Source of the DNA: Octopus vulgaris
Taxonomy: Eukaryota
Length of the DNA: 64,000 nt
Direction of reading: 5' to 3'
Assembly (NCBI GenBank): GCA_951406725.2
Contig: OX597819.1
Coordinates: 37,014,001 to 37,078,000 of the forward strand
Part shown: in pieces, positions 28,733 through 41,574 of the stretch
Layout: every line of letters starts with the position of its first letter
Numbering within the stretch: position 1 is the first letter of the stretch
The notes under the pieces: generated by a model
Databases searched by the model: none
What the model was told of the DNA's origin: nothing
What the model saw: only the letters and a program-made list of their open reading frames with translations
Made by a program: the position numbers and the translations under genes

Positions 28733-30186
28733 GTTTTATGATAGGAAACATTTATCTAAGGTACTGACCACTGAAATCGAATCAGGAAATACGTAATTAG
28801 AAAGCAAAATTCTTAATCATACAGGCATGTCTATGCCAATCGAGGTTTTATAGATAGCTTGGTCATATTCATATTAGATGAAGACCAATTCTCCAAATTT
28901 ATTCATCAAAAATCCAAGCTAATAAATACCTAAATGTTGAACCTTGTAACCACGTCTTTATTAATGGTATATATATATCTCGTAACAAACCCAACGATAA
29001 ACAATACAGAATAGCTTAGACGGAGAAAAAGAGTAGTGGCTTCACAGAAATCTTGAAGAAATTTACTCAGATTAGGTATATAATCAGTTTATCATTTTGC
29101 AACATATTTGGTGTATCCCCAAGGAAAATGCTACCAATTACTCGAAAGCAATCTTTTGTCTTTTCGAGCCATCCATATTAGACGCTTTAATCTTATCAGC
29201 GAAAAAGTTTGTTTAGATTTAGAACATAAATATAAAAGTATCAAGTATTAATAAGTCTTTATATTATGATGCGAACTCAGCTATAAATACAGGTTTACAA
29301 TACACTGAAGTTTTTTTTTTATTTAAAAAAATAATACCTTGGATGGAAAAAAGTCGGAAAACTGTCTGCCTGCGTTAAAGGAGACATGTGGATCAACTCC
29401 TGCAGATAGAATTCTGCCCGTTTCTTTTCATCCAAGAAATTTTTGACCAAAAATATCACATATATTTTATCATAATTATTATAACTGACTTCGCTTTCAC
29501 ATACATCGTTACTAAAGACGTCCTCACATGCCATTTATATCTGTTACTGTTCACAATATCTTCTGAAAGTCGCAGTATAATACACTCAAATGATAATTTA
29601 TATAATTTTTCTTCTTTTATCATAAACACCTGCTCAGCTTGTCACAATACAATATTTTATTATCTCTGTTAATGTGTCATGCAATTTTTATGGCAGTCAT
29701 AGTCTCAAAACAAGTTTGTATATATCTCTCAGCGTTTTCTTCCTTCAAAGATGCTAGCAAATGTGAGATAGTTTGTTAGTGCATCGATTTTTCTCTCGTT
29801 CCATGTTTTTACCTTTTCTGTGAGAATTCGCAAATTTAGAGCATATAATACATAAATCCAACTATATTTCTCGTTATATATTGTCCTTCTTAGTGTGACT
29901 GTTCAATGCACAATAAATTTACTGATATTTGCTTTTCATCCTTTCAATGTCAATAAAATGTACGAGTTGAGCAATGATGTCGATATAATTGAGTAATCTC
30001 CTCCCCTAAATTTACTAGCCTTGTTACAAAATTTGAAACTATTATTATTGCAGTAGATTGGTTAAAGCGTGCAACAAAATACGTTTCTCTATTGTTCTGG
30101 TTAATTCTCAATTCAAATCACGCCAAGGTCATATATGCCTTTCATACCCCCGGGGTACAATAAAATATAGTGTGTATAAAGGTATA

Positions 30187-30417
30187 TATTTCTTTACTAC
30201 CCACAAGGGGCTAAACACAGAGGGGACAAACAAGGACAGACAAACGGATTAAGTCGATTACATCAACCCCAGTGCGTAACTGGTACTTAATTTATCGACC
30301 CCGAAAGGATGAAAGGCAAAGTCGACCTCGGCGGAATTTGAACCCAGAACGTACCGGCAGACGAAATACGGCTACGCATTTCGCCCGGCGTGCTAACGTT
30401 TCAGCCAGCTCGCCGCC
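30187..30417 (-). mobile_element. Young full-length SINE family A with about 20-bp TSD
   Basis: Flanked by TATAGTGTGTATAAAGGTATA / TATAGTGTGTATAGAGGTATA. Confidence 0.95.
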
Positions 30418-31463
30418 TTATAGTGTGTATAGAGGTATATTAAGTATAATTTATATGAGGTGGGGAAGATCCACGTACTTTGTAATTTATATTTAAATTC
30501 AGAGGGTCCTACGTAGTATATGTGCAGTACTATTATTTTAATTTCCTGGGGAGATTTTCGCCTTGGATATTATAAAGATATTTCTCATACTTTTCTTATA
30601 ATACATATGGTCCCAATGACGGTTTGAACTGGTTCGTGTCAAGATACCGCTCTATTTCTATGACTTAGTATAGTATTTGTGTAGATTTTTTTTTTTTATT
30701 CATTTATTACTGAAATCTTCATCTGGAGAAACGCTTACTTAATTTATCTCATCTGACGTTGATGATGATATCTAGTCGGTTTCCCTGAATTTCCTGGTCT
30801 GTACTGACTGCGAAACCCCAAAATATAAGTGCATTTTTTTTGCATTATTTTGGGTAGTGTTCATTTTGCAAAGGTTGCATAGCTTCCGATGTAGGTAGGG
30901 TCTTAATTTCTTAATTTCTCCTGGCAGATCTTCTACTCATTTTGTGCCAGTGCCGGACAGTCTTAAATAAGATGGCCTATTGTTTGATCATATAAGTCAC
31001 AGAACTTGCACTTTGAGTTTACACCAGTTTTTAAAGATATAGGCTTGATTGTTCCTGATACCTTTATCGTAGCATGTTGTATACCATTTCGTTTATTAAC
31101 TCTTGAGTGTTTGTAGACCCCATCTCGATCTAGGTCTTAAATTTTTTTAGTCTATGTCCATCATCATCATCGACATTATTTTTGATTTGATTCAGGTTCG
31201 TTCTTATTCCTGGTAGAATTTATGTGGGTAGCGGGTTACTACCTTGGGTATCCGCAATCTAAGTGCTTAAGCCCTTCTCTATAATCTCTCCTTCCCTAAG
31301 CAGCAATTTTTCTGTAGAAGCTCTCTAGAGGACATTCTATTCCAATCTCCTTCAACCATTTGTCTATATATGCACCAATTATTATTGGCGCAAACTATAC
31401 AATTTTCATATTTCAAATTCTTGCAATATTATCATTATTATTGTTATCAATATCATTATTATT

Positions 31464-31676
31464 AAGGCGACGAGCTGGCAGAATCATTAGCACGCCGGGC
31501 GAAATGCTCAGCAGTATTTCGCCCGTCGCTACTTTCTGAGTTCAAATTCTGCCGAGGTCGACTTTGCTTTTCAGCCTTTCGGGTCGATAAAATAAGTACT
31601 AGTTGACAACTGGGGTCCAAGTGATCGACTGACCCCTCCCCACAAAATCCAGGCCGTGTGCCTATAGTAGAAAGGG

Positions 31677-31728
<52 letters not shown>

Positions 31729-31880
31729 GGCGGCGAGCTAGCAGAATCGTTAGTATGTCGGACGAAAGTTCAAATTCTGATTTTCATCCTTTCGAAGTCG
31801 ATAAATTAAGTACCAGTGAGGTAATCGACTAGCCCCTTTCCCCCAAAATCTCAAGGCCTTGTGCCTTCAGTAGAAAGCAT
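31464..31880 (+). mobile_element. Two SINE family A copies separated by (TTA)n
   Basis: Heads at about 31466 and 31729; tails GTGCCT..AGTAGAAAG followed by TTA repeats. Confidence 0.85.
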
Positions 31881-32049
31881 TATTATGTAATATTTCAGTC
31901 TTGCTTTAATTTATACGAATAGTATCCAAGTTTCAAACGTTAAAGGACAAGGTTTTGCATCTGAAGAGGCTAATAGACGTGGTACCATGCAATTGAAAAT
32001 ACTGATGTCTGTGGGACACAAAAAACACAGAGTGAGTAAGGTTGCATTT

Positions 32050-32200
32050 ACATGGAGAGGAACTTACATTGAATATATGAGGTACACTTAAGTACGACCT
32101 TTTGTAATTCGCTTATTTTGGGGCTGCTAATGATTTGACCTACATACTTGTTTGCTCCTCTTGATATCATTCCAAGTACCCCAATAATAATAAGTACACC
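32050..32200 (-). pseudogene. C-terminal scrap of RLE-type (R4/Dong-like) non-LTR ORF
   Basis: IIIGVLGMI...ELQKVVLKCTSYI resembles the PVVIGALG...LQK..LLGT terminus of R4-clade ORFs. Confidence 0.6.
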
Positions 32201-32724
32201 AGGCACATGCATCACAACCATAAGTGCGTGACATGGTGATCTCATACAAATATATCTTTCTAGCCACGCAGAGCCGAACACAGAGGAGACAATACAAAGT
32301 AGAACTTTTTTTCGAAAGAAAGAGAAAAAACAGCACATGACCTTGCAGGTGGAGCCCAGTTAGAATTTTCTTCAGGTCGAGTAACCCATCCTTCTCCAAA
32401 GGTCCCTAAATAAGGGTTCTTTGAAGATGATGAACAAAACACCCCTAAAGTATTCATCTCAAGACATGGCCATGATGCTCCCCCACTACTTCTGCTCCTG
32501 ATCAGAAATGCATATATCGTCAGCCAATAAGGTCAAGCAACTGACAAGCAAATCTGTGGTATTGAGCAGAATATTTGCTGTAGCCCCTCTTTTATACCAA
32601 GACAAAATAATGTACATGATAACACTTCCAATCAGTTAAGATCAGAAGCCATGACAGCCACTGCTTGGCACTGCATCAGGGCATTTATTATTATTATTAT
32701 TATTATTATCACTATTATTATTAT

Positions 32725-33748
32725 ATATTTGGCTTTTGCTTTGTGTTTGTACAAATTTGCTCTAAGTCTCACCCAGAGACCTCGGTAGACAATAAGTTCA
32801 AAGTTCAAGTTGATGTTACGACTAGCGTGCCATATTTTTTGGTTTTGCAGTGTTGTTCTGAAAAACATTTGTCAAAACATAAGTAAATTAAAAGTTTGTT
32901 TTAAAAATAATTTCATTATAAGACGATAGCGGGATGTTACAATAACAGTAAAATGTGTTTGTTATTATGTATATGTCAAAGTATTTTAACACTGTTTACA
33001 GATTAAAATGCTTTTCTGATTACATAGATAATATTTTATGTAGGATATGAGCAGTTCCCATAAGCACTTCTTTTTTCAATCTCTTCCATTTTGGGATTTC
33101 CTGGTATGTGAGCTAGATAGCAATCAGCCCATTTTGTTATCATTCCCAGGGCACCTATGACAATAGTAATTGTTTTAATCTTGGGGTTTCACATTTTGCT
33201 AATTTCTATTTCAAGATCTTTATACTTGCTCAGATCTTTTTAGGTCTTAACAGATATATTTATGTCGGTTGAGACAGTCAAATCGATGGGGAGGTACGAT
33301 TTTTGTCTGAATTCCTCCAATATAATGTCTAGCTTATTTGCATCTATCTCTCTGTCAGTTTGAACGTTGAAGTTCCAAAGGAGTAAGATGTGGTCATTTC
33401 CAAGCACTGGCGGTGGTTCGTGTTCCCACCAGTTTTTATTATGGAACAAGTCTATGTCTTTGAAAATTACCCAGTGAATATACTGTACTGCTCTATCATG
33501 CCTGCTGAAATACTCTGTAGGCGCAAGAAAACTGCACATGGAGATATGATCGATGGTTTCGTTTTCTTGTTTACATACACGACATGTTGGGCTACTGCCG
33601 TTCTTTAAGATGGTGACCCGGTAGCTTCTTGTAGGTAGGTATTGATCTTAGACTGCTATAAATCCTTCCGTCTGATTTTAAGCCAGAAAACACTAATTAT
33701 TGATGGGTAAAAGTTTTGTCAATATACCCAGTATTTGTTCTCTTTGGA
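32725..33748 (-). pseudogene. 3' fragment of R4/Dong-like RLE non-LTR retrotransposon bounded by (TAA)n
   Basis: ETIDHI..C zinc-knuckle remnant, RHD..V.YIHW, WWEHEP..V, LWNF.VQTD, NK.DI, KYKDLEIE, IVIGALG; TAA repeats at both ends. Confidence 0.85.
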
Positions 33749-33749
33749 T

Positions 33750-33763
33750 ATTATTATTATTAT

Positions 33764-33830
<67 letters not shown>

Positions 33831-33843
33831 GGCGGTGGTGGCG

Positions 33844-33884
<41 letters not shown>

Positions 33885-34036
33885 GGTGGTGGTTGTGGTG
33901 GTTGTGGTGGTTGTGGTGGTGGTGGTTGGCGGCGGCGGTGGTGGTTGTGGCGGTGGTGGTGGTGGTTGTGGTGGTGGTTGTGGTGTTAGTAGTAGTAGTA
34001 GTAGTGGTGGTGGTGTTGGTGGTGGTAGTGGTAGTG

Positions 34037-34074
<38 letters not shown>

Positions 34075-34099
34075 TGTTGTTGTTGTTGTTGTTGTTGTT

Positions 34100-34133
<34 letters not shown>

Positions 34134-34145
34134 CAGCAGCAGCAG
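33750..34145. repeat. Compound trinucleotide microsatellite (TTA/TAG/TGG/TTG/CAG)
   Basis: Direct reading. Confidence 0.97.
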
Positions 34146-34782
34146 TTCATTTGTTTTCAGAATCATTCGCATGTTTCTCAAATAGCACCAGGAAAATCAG
34201 ATTATTTATTACCAGGTTTTATTGTAGGATATTTTTTTCTTTTTCAATTATATTGCAAACAAATGACATCGAAACCTGTAAAAATCTAACTCAATACTTA
34301 GGGTAGACAAAATGTCCACCTGTTATATATTGTTATATTTCCTCCTGAAAATTTTCTTGCCTTTACAAACTTTTCAATATGGCATCTACCAGAAGAGCAG
34401 TAAGCAGTATTAACACGAAAGAGCGTAGCAGCACTGAATACACTTCTCTGAAATAAAAGCAACTGAAATAATTTTCGAAGACATGATAGCAAATGAATAA
34501 AGAGAATTTTTAAAAATAAGTACAGTAAAGAAAACAATGAAGTAGAGTTACTCTCACAAATATGATTAGACACAATTCTCTACCGGAAAATGCAAATTTG
34601 CACAACAGCAAAGCATTACCAATACTAACACTGCAATCTTGTACGGTAACAAGATTTTTGACAACTGTTTTGCTTATATGATAAAAAAAAATTAAATTGA
34701 AACAGAGGCTGAGCCCTTCTGAAAGAGCTATTAAAGCATAAGACGGTTTGCAAAGGCTGGTCTTAATCTAGAGAATTCACTC

Positions 34783-34811
<29 letters not shown>

Positions 34812-34813
<2 letters not shown>

Positions 34814-35005
34814 TTGGTTTCAAATTTTGGCACAAGCCAACAAGTTCGAAGGTGAGAGTAAGCACATCGACCCCAGTGCTTAACTGCTATTTATTTATCG
34901 ACCCCGAAAGGGCGGAAGTCAAAGTCGACCCTGGCCGCATCTGAACTCAGACCGTAAAGATGGACAAAATGCCGCTAAGCATTTTCCCGGCGTGCTAACG
35001 ATTCT
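34812..35005 (-). mobile_element. SINE family A
   Basis: Core and head in reverse orientation. Confidence 0.8.
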
Positions 35006-35237
35006 GAAATATTACCGTATAAAATAGCACGTTAATCTGAAGCTAATTTTTTCTTCTAGTTAGTAGTTAGTATTGTTATATTGTTTACCAAAGTATTCTT
35101 GAAAAAGTTTGAATAGTGATAAGAAACACTGTCAAATCAACAGCTGCTTTGGCGAAACATACTTGATTCTAACCAACAATATATATTTTCACGAATAATT
35201 GGGTATGTCATTTTGCTAATAATTGTCTGTAAAACAT

Positions 35238-36482
35238 CGAGCTGACAGAATCACCAGAACACCTGGCAAAATGCTTGGTAGCATTTAGTCTGTCTTTACG
35301 TTCTGAGTTCAAATTCTGCAGAGGTCGACTTTGCATTTTTTTTTCGGGTTATTTGCAGGTTTTCTTTCGGGATCGATAAAATAAGTACCAGTTGAGGAAT
35401 CTTTTCCGCTTCATGGACAACTCGATTATTTTTTTTTTAAATAAACATTTTGATACTAGTAGAATGTGTTGTATAGAACATTTTTTATTCTTGTTGAGAA
35501 AATTCTGTATTTTGGAAGTTCTTTTTGTTAAAGTTGTCGTATTTCGGTAATTTCAACCAATCAATGACGTGTATTCAGCTGAATAAAATTACTGCTGTTG
35601 TTTGTCAACAACAACTTCCGTTTGTCACTTTTATTTATGGCATATTTCATTTCAGTTACGTTCGTATGAATAAACGAGTGTATGACCCACCATAATCGTT
35701 CGTGTATTTCTACTGCTTTTAGTTTTTTTCTGTTTTTGAGATATTTTCGGAAAGACTTCCTCCTGCCCCCCAAAAATTTTCTCGCAATTTGTTTTTGTTT
35801 TTTTTTAGTTTTTTTTTTTTTGCCAAAAACCCTACTTTTCGGATACGGTGATTCCAGAAATTGCCAAAAATCGGAATTTTGACATTTTTTGCCTCCCCTT
35901 ACCCCTGCCCCACCAATTTATTCATTTTTCACTTTTTTCCGTAACTCTAACCCTAAAACCCTAACCCTAAATCCCTAAAACCCTAACACTAACCCTAAAA
36001 CCTGAACCCTAACTCTAAATCCTTAACCCTAAAACACTAATCCTAACCCTAAAACCCTAACCCTAACCCTAACCCTAAGTAGAAAAATCGTTGTAAATTT
36101 TTTTAAAGGTAAAACCAGCACGAACGGTCATAAATAACAGTGACATACGAAATATACACCGCCGGTAGTTGTTGTTGACAAACAACAGCAGTAATTTTAT
36201 TCAGCTGAATACATGTCATTGATTGGTTGAAATTACCGAAATACGACAATTTTAATACGGATTAACTTTGAAAATAGAAACTTTTCTCAACAACGCTAAA
36301 CGTAAAAGCTGTTCTATATGACACATTCTATCAGTATACGAAGTTTCAAAGTGTTTAGTTAAAGAAAATTAATTAATCGAGCTGCCCATGAAAAAGAAAA
36401 GATCCCAGTTGAGCACTGGGGTCGCAGTAAGCGATTTATTCGCTCCTTCGAATTTGCTGGCCTTGTGACAAAATTTGAAATC
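35238..36482 (+). mobile_element. SINE family A split by a foldback MITE
   Basis: Head and core end at ...GTACCAGTTGAG (35396) and resume CAGTTGAGCACTGGGGTCG (36406). Confidence 0.85.
35397..36405. mobile_element. About 1-kb foldback element with roughly 250-bp inverted arms, (CCCTAA)n core and 8-bp TSD
   Basis: Ends GAATCTTTTC / GAAAAGATCC; TSD CAGTTGAG; arm block CTGAATAAAATTACTGCTGTTGTTTGTCAACAACAAC is inverted at about 36165-36210; CCCTAA-type array at 35945-36078. Confidence 0.9.
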
Positions 36483-36792
36483 AATAATAATTGTCTGTTT
36501 CAACAATTACTGAATTTTTTGACCATCAACTTTTGATCACTCATTCTGTTATTAATGGTGAATAACTGATATCTAGAGTAGCAGAAAAAAATAAATACAT
36601 TTCAGTATTTAGTGGTAGCCATTTACGTTCTGAGTTCAAATCACTCGCAGACCATTTTATCCTTTCATCTTCCGATTGATAAACTATTCCAGTACAGAGC
36701 TAGGCAAAATCGGCTATATACTACCCCAGCAAACTTCAGCCTTCAGACTATATTAGAAATTACTATTCGATCAATTCGAAAATAGTGAAATC

Positions 36793-37248
36793 GGATCTTT
36801 TCGGTTTGACCGGCAGTTTTTTAAAATAATTTCCACGTAACTAAACACTTTTAAACTTCGTATACTCGTAGAATGTGTTTATAAAACATCTTTTTCTCTT
36901 GGCTTTATTGAGAAAATTCTATAGTTTGTAAGATATTTGTGGGCTTTTTCTTCAATTTCTTCAATTTCAACCAATCAATGACGTCTAATGAGGTGAAAAC
37001 ATTCTGTGCCGTATGAATATGTCCCTCGTTTAAGAAACAGATTGGGTTTATTTACATTTGTGAAGAAAAAAAGATACCCTTCCCCCCTTAAACCTAACCT
37101 TAACTCTAACTAACCCTAACTAACCCTAACTCTAACCCTAACCCTAAAACAGATTGAAATGCAATAGCTCGATACTAGGGTCATAATTATGGGTGACAAT
37201 TTCATATGACACCGCTAGAAAAAACTGCCGGTCAAACCGAAAATATCC
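36793..37248 (-). mobile_element. GGATC-TIR TTAGGG MITE, reverse orientation
   Basis: TIRs present; TSD GTGAAATC/GTGAATTC. Confidence 0.95.
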
Positions 37249-37372
37249 GTGAATTCGTTTAGTTAATATTAATGATTTGTATCAACAGTTACTGAAATTT
37301 TCACTCTGTATTTATACTTTATGCCCCAACATGGTATGTTCTTTCAATCTTATTAATATATATCAATGCATA

Positions 37373-37580
37373 AGGCGGTGAGTTAGCAAAATCATTAGCA
37401 CGCTAGGCAAAATGTTTAGCAGCATTTCGTCCGTCTATTCGTTCTGAGTTCAAATTCCGCCGAGGTCGACATTTGCTTTTCATCCAATCGGGATGATAAA
37501 ATAAGTACCAGTCTGGATTACTGTAATCGAGTTGTCCCCTCCCCTGAAACTGATAGCCTTGTGCCAAAATTCGAAATCAA
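37373..37580 (+). mobile_element. SINE family A
   Basis: Head, B box, core and tail. Confidence 0.82.
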
Positions 37581-38587
37581 TTGTAAAATTAGCTTCAATC
37601 TGTATTTATGATATCGGGTAACAAGGAAAATATGTTTGCAATCGTATAGATTGTTTTTGGTTAAATGCATCAATCATAGATATGTGAAATACTCGTAGCA
37701 TGAAAAACTTACATCTACATAATACACATGACAGTCGTGTGTAAATGACGCATCCAGTTTAGTGTCAATTATTTTTCTGATCTTTCTACATTTCTATGCT
37801 TACAACAATGTGTGTGTATGTGTGTTTCTTTCATCAAAATTTTTGAGTGCAAATTCCATCCACTTCGACCTTGCCTGTCATTCTTTCAGGGTCGATTAAA
37901 TAAGTATCACACGAACACTGAGGTCAACCTATTCGACTTAACCCAAACTCCTAAGTTCCTGGCCTTGTGCAAAAATTTGAAATTATTATACCGACTTTTG
38001 ATATTATGTTATATTATATTATATTATATCAAAAGTCGACATTATATCAAAAGTCGACATTTGATCCTATCATGTGTGTGTGTGTGTGTGTGTGTGTTTG
38101 TGTGTGGCTTGTTTCAATATAATATTTTAAAACTCGAGTTTCGCATTTCTGTAATCACAAGGCAAAAATTATTACAACTAGACATGGTCGTTTTTTACGT
38201 CCGTTGGTGTGTTAACTATTATTTACCAGTTCATTTTAGTTTGCCTTTAAGCGGGGACGAGCGTCTGCATATTGATTGTTATTTATGTGTCTCTTGAATA
38301 ATTGCTTTTAGATTTTGTGGTTCAATGCTTAATTAACTCGAATTTATTGGTTTAAGGCATTTGAAGGTTATAACATTTTGTATTAGAAGGCATGATAGTA
38401 TATCGACATTTTGATTGAAAATTTTAAAGTTATTCCTAGAATGTTAAAATTTAGCGCCCATGCACAGCAGACTTCAAGGTCACTCTATGCCAAGCGGTTT
38501 CATTCTGCGTGTTTTAGCTTCGTTACTATGACAACAGACCGTTTACTTATTGATCAGACCACGTATTTATTTCATAGCAATGATTGT

Positions 38588-38854
<267 letters not shown>

Positions 38855-39132
38855 CAATTGAGGGTAAAATTAATTAATTATTAATCAATTTCACCAAGTA
38901 TTCAGTATGTAAAGGGACCATTTTAGGCGAATTCAAAATATTACATTATATATAAGGGCTTAGTAAAATAAATTACTTTGCCACATACTGAACTCATTAG
39001 AAATAGCAGCTAAAGAAATTTCTTTAGCTATTTCTAATACTTAAAGAAGATCTCTCTCAGATAGTGTTTGCTCAAACCAACTCACAAAGGTATGGGGGAA
39101 AAAACATTAAAAAATCAAGTGCAAAGGTTATT

Positions 39133-39184
39133 TGAGAACGTACGTTTCTAGATTAGTCAAATCGACATTTCTTTCGTCAGCTCA
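39133..39184 (-). ncRNA. Minimal type I hammerhead motif (left arm)
   Basis: UGAG-CUGACGA-stem II-GAAAC-GUAC-GUU^CUCA, with palindromic ACGUACGU at stem III. Confidence 0.6.
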
Positions 39185-39449
39185 GAACTCCTTGATTCGG
39201 ATTTGGGAACACTGAAAGTGGGAGCATACCCTTATGGCTTCTTATCACCTCTAGAATTCTGCTTTCACCGATAAAACATAGTGTTTATCAATTTCAACCC
39301 ACGCTGGTGGAAAGGGGAGAGCAGAAATTCTTCGCTTGCATATTTTGAATTTGAAAGCACTTTTAGTTCGAGCAGAATTCTAGAGGTGATAAGAAGCCAT
39401 AAGGGTATGCTCCCACTTTCAGTGTTCCCAAATCCGAATCAAGGAGTTC

Positions 39450-39501
39450 TGAGCTGACGAAAGAAATGTCGATTTGACTAATCTAGAAACATACGTTCTC
39501 A
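39450..39501 (+). ncRNA. Minimal type I hammerhead motif (right arm)
   Basis: UGAG-CUGACGA-AAGA..GUC(GAUUU)GAC..UCUA-GAAAC-AUAC-GUU^CUCA. The first stem II pair is an A-A mismatch. Confidence 0.55.
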
Positions 39502-39702
39502 AATAACCTTTGCACTTGATTTTTTAATGTTTTTCCCCCATACCTTTGTGAGTTGGTTTGAGCAAACACTATCTGAGAGAGATCTTCTTTAAGTATTAGA
39601 AATAGCTAAAGAAATTTCTTTAGCTGCTATTTCTAATGAGTTCAGTATGTGGCAAAGTAATTTATTTTACTAAGCCCTTATATATAATATATATATATAT
39701 AT

Positions 39703-39745
<43 letters not shown>

Positions 39746-39767
39746 CATACATACATACATACATACA

Positions 39768-39803
<36 letters not shown>

Positions 39804-39809
39804 TATACC

Positions 39810-39857
<48 letters not shown>

Positions 39858-40024
39858 CACCTGCGCATAACTCTTTTCATTTAGGTAATCTCGAAGCACT
39901 GCTGTGACTTCCGTCTCAAGCTTACACATTTGACCAGGTGTATAGGATAAATTCCATCGTCTATGAGACGGAAGTCATAGTAACGCTTCGAGATTACCTA
40001 AATGAAAAGAGTTATGTGAAGGTG
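39858..40024. mobile_element. Small MITE-like inverted repeat (about 60-bp arms)
   Basis: CATAACTCTTTTCATTTAGGTAATCTCGAAGC...TGACTTCCGTCTCA is inverted at 39965-40024. No clear TSD. Confidence 0.65.
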
Positions 40025-40635
40025 TTTTCAAAAACGTTACTCAAACCACCGAACCTCTTTCCAGAACATAGACAAATGTAAAGCTATTAAGTGGGCTAGC
40101 CACATATGGGATTTGACGACCAATTGCTCACCACATACAATCTAGTGGAGAATCTTTGAGAATTTCATGCCATATGTAAATGAATCTAAGGAATGCAACT
40201 TTGCACATTCTGTTTCGATCTAAGCATTCCTCCACACTGCTCAATTTTCAGCAAATGCAATCATATGGACAAGTATCTGTCGGTGAACTGAAGGAGCCCA
40301 TCCTCTCCGGATTGAGCAGCTGCCTCGCAGACTTTGAATCCCTCTCGGTTCAATTGTGCGACAACGACTATTTCTATTGTGACTTTTACGGACAAAGGGG
40401 ACATAACTTTAATTTACTTTCTTTTCTTTTCTTTTCTTTTTCCAATATTATTCTTACTTCCGTCTGATACATCAACTTTCTGCTAGATTTTTGCTCGTGA
40501 TTTCTTAAGAAAAAAAGCATAAAATTTTTTAAAGGATAGACTGTGTTTTTAAAAATCTGCCTAGACACATGTTTCAGCAGCAAGAAAATTTTAGTAGGTC
40601 ATAGCTTATAATGTGCACATTAAATGATATATACA

Positions 40636-40698
<63 letters not shown>

Positions 40699-40713
40699 CT
40701 CTAAGATATAGAT

Positions 40714-40764
<51 letters not shown>

Positions 40765-40814
40765 TATAAATAAGGGTATCTGAAATAGTAGTCAGAACCC
40801 TGATCCTAAAAATC

Positions 40815-40895
<81 letters not shown>

Positions 40896-41317
40896 GGAGT
40901 AAACACATAAATGTGAAACAAGGTGGAAAAAAGAGTACTCAAATACCGAGGTAGAGTAATATGCTTTATTTAAAAGCAGCAGTAATTCAACAAAACCTGT
41001 TACTCCGAGTAACAGGTTTTGTTGAATATATATACTTGCGTTTATCTCCCGCTACCGCTTGACAAATGGTATTTATTTGTTTACGTATCTTTAACTTAGC
41101 GATTCAGTATAAAAGGAAGATAGAAAGAGTAAGTGCCAGGCTTTAAGAAGAAATAATTACCGGGGTTGATTCTTTCCACTAAAATCCCTGCAAGGCGGTA
41201 CCCCAACTTGGCAGCAGTCCAAAGACTCAAACAAGTGAAAGATTAAAACAGACACACACACAGCACATGCACACAGCACATACACACATACATGCATACA
41301 TACATACATACAAATAA

Positions 41318-41391
<74 letters not shown>

Positions 41392-41393
41392 GC

Positions 41394-41574
41394 ATGCTAA
41401 TCAAAGTATATTGGATTATAAATCGATTTCAATCGGTCTTACCAATCGGTTTCGCCCAGGATATTAGATAATTAGGCAATTTTAGGTAATCACTTAATTA
41501 CCTAATATCCTGTACGAAAGCGATTGGTAAAATTGGCTGAAATGGTTCTGTAATATGTATACTTTGATTAACAT
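41394..41574. mobile_element. Degenerate palindromic MITE-like element
   Basis: AATCAAAGTATA/TATACTTTGATT, TTACCAATCG/CGATTGGTAA and CAGGATATTAG/CTAATATCCTG pair symmetrically. Confidence 0.6.

Noticed and set aside
33693-34306. Poly-T/P/L/Q/V/S ORFs
   Set aside because: A compound trinucleotide microsatellite that is open in several frames.
35945-36078. True telomere or chromosome-fusion relic
   Set aside because: The array lies inside a TIR- and TSD-bounded transposon.
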